64,000 nt of DNA. Origin: Acidimicrobiales bacterium (GTDB lineage: Bacteria > Actinomycetota > Acidimicrobiia > Acidimicrobiales > Aldehydirespiratoraceae). The notes under the pieces are model-generated. The model was given only the letters and a program-made list of their open reading frames with translations, ran no database searches and was not told the origin of the DNA. This document shows, piece after piece, positions 41,864 through 50,915 of the stretch; position 1 is the stretch's first letter; each line of letters starts with the position of its first letter. The translations under genes were made by a program, and so were the position numbers. Location of the stretch: assembly GCA_033344915.1 (NCBI GenBank), contig JAWPML010000001.1, positions 408,369 through 472,368 on the forward strand. Reading direction: 5' to 3'.

Positions 41864-43009
41864 ATGGTCCTCAGCAAGTTCGACGATTTCCCGATCCATC
41901 AGACACCCGATCCGATCGCGCATCCGGCGAGCAGCGACAAGGACGTCTACGAGCGCTACTGGTTCAACGGCTACTCCCGCGCCGGTGACATGTACCTCGG
42001 CATCGGCACCGCGCTCTACCCGCACCTCGGGATCCAGGACTGTGGCATCTCGGTCGTCTGGGAGGGCCGCCAGTACGCGTTCCACGCGTCCGCCCGCGCC
42101 ACGCCCGAGCCGAGCGAACTCCGAGTCGGTCCGTTCAACATCGACATCTTCGAGCCCATGAAATCCCTCCGCGTCACGCTCGATGCGAACGAGACGGACT
42201 GGACGTGTGACCTCCTCTGGGAAGGCCGCACCGGCAACGTCGAGGAACCCCGCCACCACTTCGGCAGCGGCGGGCTCCGCAAGACGATGGACACGACGCG
42301 GTTCGCCCAGCTCGGCCACTGGTCGGGCTGGATCGAGTTCGAGGGCAACCGGCTCGAGCTCGACCGGGCGCAGACGTGGGGCACCAAGGACCGCTCGTGG
42401 GGGATCCGTCCACTCGTCGGCGGCGACACTCGCGGGGCGCCGAGTCCGCCGAACCCCAACGGTGGCCTCTTCTTCCTGTGGGCACCGATCAACTTCGACG
42501 ATCTGTGCCTGCACTACCAGCTGTTCGAGGACTGGAAGGGCCGGCCGCTCTTCAACGTCGGCGCGAAGCTGCCGGTCTACGACTCGGTCGACGACCTTCC
42601 CGGCGTCGAGGACGAGGCGGCCGAACACATGCGGGCGCTCGAGCACCAACTGTCGTTCAAGTCCGGCAGCCGGATGGTGAAGGAGGCGACGATCGCGATG
42701 ACGTCGATCGACAGTGGTGAGCGCCACGAGGTGCATCTCGAACCGATCTTCACCTACCGGATGAAGGGCATCGGCTACATGCACCCGACGTGGGTCCACG
42801 GCCAGTGGCACGGCGAGCTCGCGATGGAAAGTGAATCGTGGGCGCTCGCCGACGTCGACGAGACGGTGTACGAGAACCAGCACGTGCAGCATCTCGTGCG
42901 GGCGACCTACGGGGATCGTGTCGGCATCGGCGTGCTCGAACAGGTCATGCTCGGGCCGTACCGGCCCTACGGCCTCGAGGGCGCGTTCAGCGCCCCGAGC
43001 TACGACTGA
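41864..43009 (+). CDS. conserved hypothetical protein (381 aa, soluble, Trp/His-rich beta-type)
   Basis: ATG at 41864 inside the long 40739..43009 frame. MVLSKFDDFPIHQTPDPIAHP... No catalytic motif recognised. Confidence 0.6.
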   Translation: MVLSKFDDFPIHQTPDPIAHPASSDKDVYERYWFNGYSRAGDMYLGIGTALYPHLGIQDCGISVVWEGRQYAFHASARATPEPSELRVGPFNIDIFEPMKSLRVTLDANETDWTCDLLWEGRTGNVEEPRHHFGSGGLRKTMDTTRFAQLGHWSGWIEFEGNRLELDRAQTWGTKDRSWGIRPLVGGDTRGAPSPPNPNGGLFFLWAPINFDDLCLHYQLFEDWKGRPLFNVGAKLPVYDSVDDLPGVEDEAAEHMRALEHQLSFKSGSRMVKEATIAMTSIDSGERHEVHLEPIFTYRMKGIGYMHPTWVHGQWHGELAMESESWALADVDETVYENQHVQHLVRATYGDRVGIGVLEQVMLGPYRPYGLEGAFSAPSYD

Positions 43010-43338
43010 TCGAGCAGCCGGTCGGGCACCGGCAGGTTCGTGATCCAACGGTCGAACGGACCGTCGTCGAACTCGATCACGCTTCCGGGCGCCTTGCCCC
43101 GCACGATCACGAACGACTTCGATCCTCGCTTGCGCCAGGTGCCGAGCAGGAGTCGACGGGGCACGCCGGTGCCCGGCGCCCGCAGCCCCCGCACCTCGGC
43201 GTAGGCATTGTCGACGGCGCGTGCCGCGCGGATCGCCGAGATCGGCATCCGCAGCTCGCCGAAATGGAACGCGCCCAGCCGTTCGCCGCGGGTGAGCTCC
43301 AGCACGATCGAGTCGCCGTCGAAGTGGTACGCCGCCAT
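43000..43338 (-). CDS. hypothetical protein (112 aa, possibly bacterial PH-like)
   Basis: MAAYHFDGDSIVLELTRGERLGAFHF... Start is 2 nt after the stop of the upstream lipoprotein gene. Confidence 0.5.
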   Translation of the reverse strand: MAAYHFDGDSIVLELTRGERLGAFHFGELRMPISAIRAARAVDNAYAEVRGLRAPGTGVPRRLLLGTWRKRGSKSFVIVRGKAPGSVIEFDDGPFDRWITNLPVPDRLLDQS

Positions 43339-43340
43339 GG

Positions 43341-44156
43341 TCAGCTCGTCGGGTAGTCGGGCGGGCGGGTCGTGGTGGTCGGCACGACCACCGGATAGGT
43401 CGGCCCGCTGCGCAGGAAGTCGCGGATCTCGGCCGACCCCTCGATGCCCTCGCCGGAGACGGCGTCGAGTCCGAGAACGCCGGGGATCGTGTCGACGTCG
43501 ACCACGTAGGCGAACACCTGCACGTCGGTGGGGCCGTCGAGCAACGGGACCGAGGTCTGGCTTCCGTCGCCGTGCTCGATCGTGAGACGGATCACGCTCG
43601 CGTCGGCTCGGCCCCACAGGTAGCCGATCGTCTTGTCGCCGTCGACGGTGCCGACATCGACGCTGAGGCCGCTGTCCATGTCGTCCAGTCCGCCGGATGG
43701 GGAGAGACAGGACGTGAGCCCCTCGCCGAGTGCGGCCGCCTCGTCCGGATCGGCATGGGTGAGCTCGGCATCGAAGCAGAGGGACGCGCCGTCGCTGGAG
43801 AGCTCCCAGGTCGCGGTGAGGCCGGCCGCCGTGGTGACGGTGCCGTCGGCGAGCACGCCCGTGGGGCCGGCCGGTGGCTGGGTGGTCGACGGTGCCGCGG
43901 TCGTCGTGGTGGGGTTCGCTGGCGCGCCGCCGGTCGTGGTCGTGGTGGGGGCGTCGTCCTCGCCGGCATCGTCTTCGCCGGCATCGTCGCCGGTGTCGTC
44001 CTCGCCCCCGTCGTCGGCCGGACCCGCCGTGGTGGTCGTGGACGACGGGTCGTCCTCGGGGTCGGCGCCGGAGTCGTCGCCGCACGCTGCGAGCAGCAGG
44101 GCAGCGGTGAGCAGGGGGATCAGGAGTCGGGTCCGCACGGACGTCACGATACGCAC
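43341..44156 (-). CDS. lipoprotein with acidic low-complexity linker
   Basis: Signal peptide plus lipobox LLLAACGDDSG. Includes a DDTGDDAGEDDAGEDD linker and a Thr-rich tract. Confidence 0.7.
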   Translation of the reverse strand: MRIVTSVRTRLLIPLLTAALLLAACGDDSGADPEDDPSSTTTTAGPADDGGEDDTGDDAGEDDAGEDDAPTTTTTGGAPANPTTTTAAPSTTQPPAGPTGVLADGTVTTAAGLTATWELSSDGASLCFDAELTHADPDEAAALGEGLTSCLSPSGGLDDMDSGLSVDVGTVDGDKTIGYLWGRADASVIRLTIEHGDGSQTSVPLLDGPTDVQVFAYVVDVDTIPGVLGLDAVSGEGIEGSAEIRDFLRSGPTYPVVVPTTTTRPPDYPTS

Positions 44157-44302
44157 CGTTTCTTCCCGTGCGCTGTCATAGATCGGCGGTCGTGCGGCGT
44201 CGTAGGGGTGTCGGCTCGCTGCGGTGGGCTGATCCGGTGCCCGGACGATCCGGGGTGGGCGTTCACCGGTCTCGAGTCATCACCCAGGAGTCCACCCCGT
44301 TC

Positions 44303-44950
44303 ATGCGACGTTTCCTCGTCTTCCTCTGCATCCTCTCGACTGCCGCCGTCGGCGCGTGGGCGCTGCCCGCGGGTCATGCCGACACCTCGCTCGACGCGGC
44401 GGCCGCCGGGGGCGACGCTCCCGCCACGCTGGATCCGCTCGAGGAGCCGCGTCTGTCGGCTTCGTCGGCCGCGCGCGAGCTGCCGCCACTCGAGGCGCAC
44501 CCGATCGATCCGGTCGTCGCCCCGCAGGAGACCGCGCCCGCGTCGGAGCCGGTCGTGCCGGCGAGCGACGGACCGCAGCACCTGAGCCACGAGGTGACAC
44601 CGGCCGCCGACAGCGACCCAGCCCCGATCGTCACCACGACCACCGCGGCACCGACCACGACGACCGCGGCGCCGGTGGTGACCGTCGCCTTCACGGCCGG
44701 CCAGGCGTACGGCTCGTGCGGTGAGAACGTGCCGTACGACATCTTCAGTGGCGCCGCCAGCCCCGGATCGACCATCACCATCTCGTCGCCGTACGGCTCC
44801 GGGACGACGACTGCCGACGGCCACGGCCACTGGGAGCGCACGGTCGAGTTCCCGTCGGCGCCCCGCGGCGAGACGTTCTCGGTGTCGGTGAGCGGTCTCG
44901 GTGGCTCGAAGACGTTCAGCTTCACCGCGACGGGCGGCTCGCACGGCTGA
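44303..44950 (+). CDS. secreted protein with Thr-rich linker and Ig-like C-terminal domain
   Basis: Signal peptide MRRFLVFLCILSTAAVGAWALPAGHA. Includes a TTTTAAPTTTTAAP linker. Confidence 0.65.
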   Translation: MRRFLVFLCILSTAAVGAWALPAGHADTSLDAAAAGGDAPATLDPLEEPRLSASSAARELPPLEAHPIDPVVAPQETAPASEPVVPASDGPQHLSHEVTPAADSDPAPIVTTTTAAPTTTTAAPVVTVAFTAGQAYGSCGENVPYDIFSGAASPGSTITISSPYGSGTTTADGHGHWERTVEFPSAPRGETFSVSVSGLGGSKTFSFTATGGSHG

Positions 44951-45001
44951 GCGGGGCCGGGCTTCTGGTCCGGTCCGACCGGGCCGGGTACGGTCCCGGC
45001 C

Positions 45002-45904
45002 GTGAGCGAGACCCCGGCCTACGACGAGTTCGGCCTGTTCCACGAGAACGCGGCCGAGTACGACCTTCCCTTCGATTCGGCTCCCGTCGTGCGGCGGGAG
45101 ACGATCGCGCTGGAGCGGGGCATCGACCTCTCGGCGCTCGTGTGGGGCGACGCCGACCCGGAGCTCGTCCTCATCCACGGCGGCGCCCAGAACGCGCACA
45201 CGTGGGACACCGTCGCCATGAAGCTCGGGCGCCCACTGGTGGCGATCGACCTCCCCGGCCACGGTCACAGCGACCACCGTCCCGAACACGACTACCTGCC
45301 GACCACGATGGCTGATGACGTTGCCCAGGCGGTCCGCCGGCTGGCGCCGAACGCCGAGGCCGTCATCGGGATGTCGCTCGGCGGCATGACCGCGATCTGT
45401 CTCGCGGCGGACCATCCCGAGCTCGTCAAGCGTCTCGGGGTCGTGGACGTCACGCCGGGAACGGATCACGCGAAGGCCGAGCCGATCATCACGTTCGTGG
45501 ACGGACCCGAGTACTTCGCCGACTTCGCCGAGATCCTCGCCCGCACCGTCGAGTACAACCCGGGGCGCAGCGAGTCGTCCCTGCGTCGCGGCATCCTCCA
45601 CAACGCCTACGAGATGGACGACGGCCGTTGGACCTGGCGCTACGACCGGATGCGGGACTGGAAGATCGGCGGCGACGACGCACCGTCGTTCGATGACCTG
45701 TGGGACAAGGTCGACCAGGTCAAGGTGCCGATCACCCTCTGGCAGGGCGGCAAGTGGAGCGTCATCGGTGACGAGGACGTCGAGGAATGGCTGAAGCGGC
45801 GCCCCGACACGATCCACATCGTCGTCGACGGAGCGGGTCACTCGATCCAGGGCGACAAGCCCATGGAAATGGCCGCCCTCATCGAGGATCTCCTGGCGAG
45901 ATGA
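45002..45904 (+). CDS. alpha/beta hydrolase
   Basis: LIHGGAQNAHTW (oxyanion region), nucleophile elbow GMSLGG, C-terminal GAGHSIQGDKP. Confidence 0.85.
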   Translation: MSETPAYDEFGLFHENAAEYDLPFDSAPVVRRETIALERGIDLSALVWGDADPELVLIHGGAQNAHTWDTVAMKLGRPLVAIDLPGHGHSDHRPEHDYLPTTMADDVAQAVRRLAPNAEAVIGMSLGGMTAICLAADHPELVKRLGVVDVTPGTDHAKAEPIITFVDGPEYFADFAEILARTVEYNPGRSESSLRRGILHNAYEMDDGRWTWRYDRMRDWKIGGDDAPSFDDLWDKVDQVKVPITLWQGGKWSVIGDEDVEEWLKRRPDTIHIVVDGAGHSIQGDKPMEMAALIEDLLAR

Positions 45905-45933
45905 GACGGCGGGGTCAGAGTCCCGTCCCACCT
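45902..45933. repeat. left arm of 32-bp inverted repeat (1 mismatch) bracketing the aldehyde dehydrogenase gene
   Basis: tgagacgGcggggtcagagtcccgtcccacct. Its first 3 nt are the hydrolase stop codon. Confidence 0.9.
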
Positions 45934-46016
45934 TCGACCGGCGGTCCGACCTTCCCACGAACGCGTCGCGGGCGGTAGCGTCGCATCAGCCCGCCATCCC
46001 AGCAACGGAGCACATC

Positions 46017-47450
46017 GTGATCAGCGAGAACACCGGCAAGTTCTACATCGACGGAGCCTGGGTGGAGCCCAGTACCGACACCACGCTCGAGGTGATCAAC
46101 CCGGCGACCGAGGAGCCCATCGCGTCGATCGCGATGGGAGGGGCCGCAGACGTCGACGCGGCCGTTGCCGCGGCGAAGGCCGCCTTCGACACCTGGTCGC
46201 TGAGCACCAAGGAGGAGCGGTTGACGATCCTCAACAAGGTGGTGGAGCTCATCGGGGCCCGGGCCGAGGACCTCGCCAACGTGATCAGCGCCGAGATGGG
46301 CGCGCCCGGCTTCCTCGCGAAGGCGGCCCAGGCACCGACCGGCCTGATGCACTTCCTCACGACCGCCGGAATCCTGGAGAACTTCGAGTTCGAGGAAGAA
46401 CTCGGCACGACGCTGCTCGTGAAGGAGCCGGTCGGCGTGGTCGGGATGATCACGCCGTGGAACTGGCCGCTGAACCAGATCGCCTGCAAGGTGGCCCCGG
46501 CCCTGGCCGCCGGTTGCACCATGGTCCTGAAGCCGTCGGAGGTCGCCCCGCTCAACGCCCTGTTGCTCGCGGAGATCCTCGATGAAGCCGGTGTGCCGGC
46601 CGGCGTGTTCAACCTGGTGAACGGGGACGGGCCTACCGTCGGCTCGCATCTCTCCGCGCACCCGGATGTCGACATGATGTCGTTCACCGGCTCGACCCGC
46701 GCCGGGATCGAAGTCGCCCGCAACGCCGCCGACACCGTGAAGCGGGTGGCCCAGGAGCTCGGCGGCAAGTCCGCCAACATCATCCTCGACGACGCCGACT
46801 TCGCCACCGCAGTCGCCCGCGATGCCGGCGGCATGTGCGTGAACTCCGGTCAGTCCTGCAACGCCGCGACCCGGATGCTGGTGCCGATGGCTCGCATGGA
46901 CGAGGCGAAGGAGATCGCGCGGGCCGCGATGGAGGGCATCGTCGTGGGCGATCCGTCGAGCGATGCCACCACGATCGGTCCTGTCGTGTCGGAGCTGCAG
47001 TGGAACCGCATCCAGTCGCTCATCCAGGTCGGCATCGACGAGGGTGCGACCCTCGTCACGGGTGGCCTGGGTCGTCCCGACGGCCTCGAGAAGGGCTATT
47101 ACGTGCGGCCCACGCTGTTCGCAGATGTCACGAACGACATGCGGATCGCGCAGGAGGAGATCTTCGGCCCAGTGCTCGTCCTGATCGGCTACGAGGACGA
47201 GGATCATGCGGTCCAGATCGCCAACGACACGGTCTACGGCTTGTCCGGCTACATCTCCGGCAGCCCCGAACGGGCGCTCGCCGTCGCCAAGCGGATCCGT
47301 ACGGGGATGATGCACGTCAACGGTGCCCAGCTGGACTTCAACGCACCGTTCGGCGGCTACAAGCGCTCGGGCAACGGACGCGAATGGGGCCTGCTCGGGC
47401 TCGAGGACTTCCTCGAGACCAAGGCCATCATGGGCGCCGTCGCCGGCTGA
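46017..47450 (+). CDS. NAD(P)-dependent aldehyde dehydrogenase
   Basis: [15 protein letters not shown], catalytic Cys region [18 protein letters not shown]. Confidence 0.93.
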   Translation: MISENTGKFYIDGAWVEPSTDTTLEVINPATEEPIASIAMGGAADVDAAVAAAKAAFDTWSLSTKEERLTILNKVVELIGARAEDLANVISAEMGAPGFLAKAAQAPTGLMHFLTTAGILENFEFEEELGTTLLVKEPVGVVGMITPWNWPLNQIACKVAPALAAGCTMVLKPSEVAPLNALLLAEILDEAGVPAGVFNLVNGDGPTVGSHLSAHPDVDMMSFTGSTRAGIEVARNAADTVKRVAQELGGKSANIILDDADFATAVARDAGGMCVNSGQSCNAATRMLVPMARMDEAKEIARAAMEGIVVGDPSSDATTIGPVVSELQWNRIQSLIQVGIDEGATLVTGGLGRPDGLEKGYYVRPTLFADVTNDMRIAQEEIFGPVLVLIGYEDEDHAVQIANDTVYGLSGYISGSPERALAVAKRIRTGMMHVNGAQLDFNAPFGGYKRSGNGREWGLLGLEDFLETKAIMGAVAG

Positions 47451-47457
47451 CCGAGCG

Positions 47458-47489
47458 AGGTGGGACGGGACTCTGACCCCGGCGTCTCA
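47458..47489. repeat. right arm of the 32-bp inverted repeat
   Basis: aggtgggacgggactctgaccccggcgtctca. This is the reverse complement of 45902-45933 except for one base. Confidence 0.9.
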
Positions 47490-47491
47490 AC

Positions 47492-48217
47492 TCAGGGATC
47501 GGCGCGGGTGATGCCGATGACGGCGTCGAGGAGCGCGGTGTAGGGGACGAGGACGCGGCGGCCGTCGGCCGTCTCGATCTCGGCCTTCACCGTGTGGAGC
47601 TCGACGATGGTGCCGGTCGCAGCCTCGGTGTCGACGGCGTCGCCGACGGCGAGCACTCGACGCAGGGCGCGGCTCGCGGCGACCTCGGAGGCCACCGGGC
47701 CCGAGCCCGAGTAGGCCACCAGGGCGACCGTGAGGGCGATCCCGAAGAACAGCGCGGCCGCCGCGATCGTGAGGATCTGGGTGTCGACGCCGAGTTGGTT
47801 GGCGGCGATCAGCGCGCCCATGAACAGGATCGCGCCCCGCACCGTCGGTGGGACCCGTCGGCGCACCGCCGGCGAGACGTGACCGAGTGAGCGCTCGAGC
47901 GCCGCGACGATGAACGTCGCCGCGATGTTGGCGACGATCAACACGATCGCCGCGGACAGCGCGCGGGGCACATAGTCGATGAAGTCGTTGGGGAGATCGT
48001 CGACGGCGGCGTCATCGACGAAGCCGAGCGCCGTGATCAGGCCGACGATCACCGCGGCGGCGAAGAACAGGCTCGCGATCGCGCCCGCCGCCTCTCGCAC
48101 CGGCTCCGGTCGACGTTCGCGGCTGAGCACGCCGCGGACGATCCGGGCGAGGATGCTGCCGACGACGATCCCCGCGGCCGCGGCGATGGCGGCGCCGATC
48201 CAGTTCGGGTCGTTCAT
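47492..48217 (-). CDS. small MscS-like mechanosensitive channel family membrane protein
   Basis: Start at MNDPNWIG. Has 4-5 TM helices and a C-terminal beta-domain motif VGD.V......G.IVE....K..IET.DGRRVLVPY. ATGA overlap with the upstream anti-sigma gene. Confidence 0.6.
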   Translation of the reverse strand: MNDPNWIGAAIAAAAGIVVGSILARIVRGVLSRERRPEPVREAAGAIASLFFAAAVIVGLITALGFVDDAAVDDLPNDFIDYVPRALSAAIVLIVANIAATFIVAALERSLGHVSPAVRRRVPPTVRGAILFMGALIAANQLGVDTQILTIAAAALFFGIALTVALVAYSGSGPVASEVAASRALRRVLAVGDAVDTEAATGTIVELHTVKAEIETADGRRVLVPYTALLDAVIGITRADP

Positions 48218-48522
48218 GCGTCGTCCTCCATCATCAGTGACCGCACCGTACCCAGCGGAACCCCCATCAGCTCGAGGAGGAGCTGCAGGTCTTCGCGAGC
48301 ACGCATGGTCTCGGTCATTCGGGCGCCGAGGCGTTGGACGAGGTCGTCCGGGGCTCGCAGCGAGCGGTTGAGCGCCTGCGTCAGGTCCGGCAGGGGCGCG
48401 GCGAGCTCCTCGAGTCGGTTGGCGCACCGGTCGCATCCGGCGACGTGGGCGTCGACGTCGTCCGGATCGCCGTCGTCGAGCCAGCGCTGGAGCGAGCGGG
48501 CGGACGGATGGAACCACCTCAT
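48214..48522 (-). CDS. zf-HC2 anti-sigma factor (102 aa, no TM helix)
   Basis: H-x3-C-x2-C motif (DAHVAGCDRCANRL). ATGA overlap with the sigma gene stop. Confidence 0.7.
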   Translation of the reverse strand: MRWFHPSARSLQRWLDDGDPDDVDAHVAGCDRCANRLEELAAPLPDLTQALNRSLRAPDDLVQRLGARMTETMRAREDLQLLLELMGVPLGTVRSLMMEDDA

Positions 48523-49178
48523 GGCTTCCACCCCTCGAGCGCGGCGGCGAGGACTCGGCGGGCCCGGAGCAGGCGCGTCTTCACCGTGGGGAGAGGCACC
48601 TCGAGCACCTGCGAGATCTCCTCGTAGGACAGGCCCTCGACTTCGCGGAGCACGACGACGCTTCGGCTCAGCTCGTCGAGCTCGCCGAGCGCATCCTGGA
48701 ACGCTCCGGCCGAGACGCGATCCTCGACCCGTGCTTCCACCGTGAGGTGGTCGGGTACCGGCGCTTCGGGGAGGTCCATCGGGTCGAGGTGGACGTCGCG
48801 GCGCCGACGCAATGCCGAGATGGCGGTGTTGTGGGCGATCCGCAGCAACCAGTTCTTCAGCGGGGCGTCGCCGCGGAACGTCGGGAGCGCCTGCCACGCC
48901 TTCAGCAGGGCGTCCTGGGCGACGTCCTCGGCCAGCTCGTGGTTGCGGGTGACGGACAGCGCGACGCGATAGACGGCGTCGGCGTGGCGCCGGCTCAACG
49001 CCGCCAAGGCCTCGGCCGGCTCCATGGCGAGGATGTCCGCGTCGGGACGGTTCGATCGGCGGGGCGGCGGCGCGCCGGACCCCGACGCCGGGGACGGTGC
49101 CGCGACAGGGTCGAGCGAGCTCGCGAGCGACAGCAGCGAGTCCCACCAGGCTCGGTGTGGGAGCAGTGCTGCCGTCAT
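48519..49178 (-). CDS. ECF (sigma-70 family) RNA polymerase sigma factor
   Basis: Region 2 (DAVYRVALSVTRNHELAEDVAQDALLKAW) and region 4 (LSYEEISQVLEVPLPTVKTRLLRAR). Start is uncertain (49178, 49025 or 49340). GC3 stays high up to about 49180. Confidence 0.85.
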   Translation of the reverse strand: MTAALLPHRAWWDSLLSLASSLDPVAAPSPASGSGAPPPRRSNRPDADILAMEPAEALAALSRRHADAVYRVALSVTRNHELAEDVAQDALLKAWQALPTFRGDAPLKNWLLRIAHNTAISALRRRRDVHLDPMDLPEAPVPDHLTVEARVEDRVSAGAFQDALGELDELSRSVVVLREVEGLSYEEISQVLEVPLPTVKTRLLRARRVLAAALEGWKP

Positions 49179-49393
49179 GGCGTTCCCGACGCACGACGCG
49201 GGTGCCGGGTCGCGAAAGAAATCCCGCGACCAACGGCCGGGTCCGGGCGTCGGGACGGACGCGGGGCGAGGCCGGAACACTGATCGCAACCCGGCCATCG
49301 TCGCAGAGAACGTCGGCTGCGGCACCACCCAACCCGCCAACGCAGCCGATCAGTCGGTGGGGTGTCTCTCCGGAGGCACCCCACTGGCGCTCT

Positions 49394-50125
49394 TCAACCG
49401 GCGGGGTCGAGGCGGCGGAACGCCTCGGCCAGGGCGACGCCGGCCGCACGACCGTGGCGGCGGGCCTTCGCCCGGGTGCGTTGGCGGAACGCGTCGGCTT
49501 GCGAGCCGTCGTCGTCGGCGTCGACCTTCATCGTGGTCTCGAACTGACTCTCGTGGGCCAGCAGGGCCTGGACCTTCGCTTCGAGGTGCGCGTCGTCGAT
49601 CCGCTCGCAGACGTCGGGTTCCTCGCACTCGAACAGCAGCAGGTGGTCCGGCCGGTGATGGGGCACGTCGTGTTCGCGGTGGTAGTGCGGGTCGCGGGCC
49701 GCGACCACGGCGTCGACGGTGAGGAAGCCCGCGTTTCGATGATCCGGGTGCATCCGCCACCGACGCCACGGGTCGTGACCGAGGACGACGGAAGGTCGGA
49801 GTTCGCGCACGATTCGGGCCACGGCGCTGCGGTTGTCGACGGTGTTGGCCAGTTCGCCGTCCTCCACGCCGAGGAACCGAACCTCGCCGGTGATGCCCAG
49901 CCGACGGGCGGCCTCGTGTTGCTCGCGCTGGCGGCGGGCGATCAGCGCGTCGGTGTCGGCGTCGACGTCCCAGGTGCCCTTGCGGCCGTCGGTGCAGACG
50001 AGCATGTGGCACGTCGCGCCGGCCGCTGACCACTTGGCGAGGGTGGCGCCACACTCGAACTCGATGTCGTCGGGGTGCGCCGCGATCGCGAGGGCGCCGG
50101 CGGGGACGGGGAGGTCGACGCGCAT
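49394..50125 (-). CDS. PIG-L family deacetylase (LmbE/MshB-like)
   Basis: AHPDDIEFECGATLAKW and HPDH motifs. ATGA overlap with the upstream cofC-like gene. Confidence 0.8.
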   Translation of the reverse strand: MRVDLPVPAGALAIAAHPDDIEFECGATLAKWSAAGATCHMLVCTDGRKGTWDVDADTDALIARRQREQHEAARRLGITGEVRFLGVEDGELANTVDNRSAVARIVRELRPSVVLGHDPWRRWRMHPDHRNAGFLTVDAVVAARDPHYHREHDVPHHRPDHLLLFECEEPDVCERIDDAHLEAKVQALLAHESQFETTMKVDADDDGSQADAFRQRTRAKARRHGRAAGVALAEAFRRLDPAG

Positions 50126-50718
50126 CAGCGCGCCTCCTGCTCGACGACGGCGCGCCACTCCGCGGGGAGATCGGCGGGATCGTCGACGTCCCAGGCGAGA
50201 TCAGGGTCGTCGACGACCGTGAGCCCGAGGCCGCACCGTTCGGCCTCCGCCTGATGGGCCGCGAACGAGCCGGGGCCGTACTGGAAGACGAAACCGGCGC
50301 GGGTGGGCACGCTCAGGACGTTGGACCCGTCCCGCGCCCGGTCGGGGGCGATCAGTACACCGTCGCCGTCGAGCGGGGCGAGTGATGCGGCCGCGGGGAG
50401 GTCGGCGTGGGCGATGATCGCCCGCTCGTGGCCGTCGGCGGCAACCGCGGCGACCGCGGCGGTGACACACGGGTTGAGCCCGCGGACGCCGGGGTCGAGC
50501 ACGCCGGCCCGCGTCGCCTGGGCCCACTCGGCCACCTCGAGGTCGTCCGTGACGATCATCGTCGGGAACGGATCGGCTGCGGCCACGACCCGCTCCGCCA
50601 TCCAGATCGCGAGGCGGCGGCGCTGGTCGAGGTCGAGCGCCCCGGCGAGACGAGTCTTCATGTCGTCGAACGACCGAATCGGAATGAGGACGATCGTGCC
50701 CAGCGACGCGTTGCTCAC
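50125..50718 (-). CDS. cofC: 2-phospho-L-lactate (phosphoenolpyruvate) guanylyltransferase, F420 biosynthesis
   Basis: N-terminal IPIRSFDDMKTRLAGAL..DQRRRLA.WM...V is typical of CofC/FbiD. Length is about 197 aa. Confidence 0.65.
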   Translation of the reverse strand: MSNASLGTIVLIPIRSFDDMKTRLAGALDLDQRRRLAIWMAERVVAAADPFPTMIVTDDLEVAEWAQATRAGVLDPGVRGLNPCVTAAVAAVAADGHERAIIAHADLPAAASLAPLDGDGVLIAPDRARDGSNVLSVPTRAGFVFQYGPGSFAAHQAEAERCGLGLTVVDDPDLAWDVDDPADLPAEWRAVVEQEAR

Positions 50719-50915
50719 GGTGCGACGAGTCTAGGGCCGGGCCGCGTCAGCGGAACTCGTCGATCACGGTGGCGAACGTCTCCAGCGCGCCCGGGTGACC
50801 GACGTCGTGGAGGCGAATCCGGGCCAGTTCGGGGGCCAGTGCGGAGTCGGTCACGGCGCCAGGATCGCACGCCTCGCCTGAGCCTGCGTGAGCACGCAGG
50901 TCTAGGGTGACCGCC

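Noticed and set aside
44157-44302. Possible riboswitch (e.g. ydaO/c-di-AMP type) in the 146-nt leader of the secreted-protein gene
   Set aside because: I could not find the conserved ydaO or other riboswitch core sequences by eye. An Rfam scan would be needed, so it is not reported as a feature.
44144-45958. 604-aa minus-strand ORF spanning the secreted-protein and alpha/beta-hydrolase genes
   Set aside because: It overlaps two plus-strand genes that have a signal peptide and catalytic-triad motifs. Its composition is Arg/Gly/Asp-dominated and non-protein-like.
49270-49300. ECF-type promoter-like GGAAC-N17-CATCGTC on the plus strand upstream of the sigma gene region
   Set aside because: It points away from the minus-strand sigma operon and toward the 3' end of the PIG-L gene. 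It is probably a chance match.
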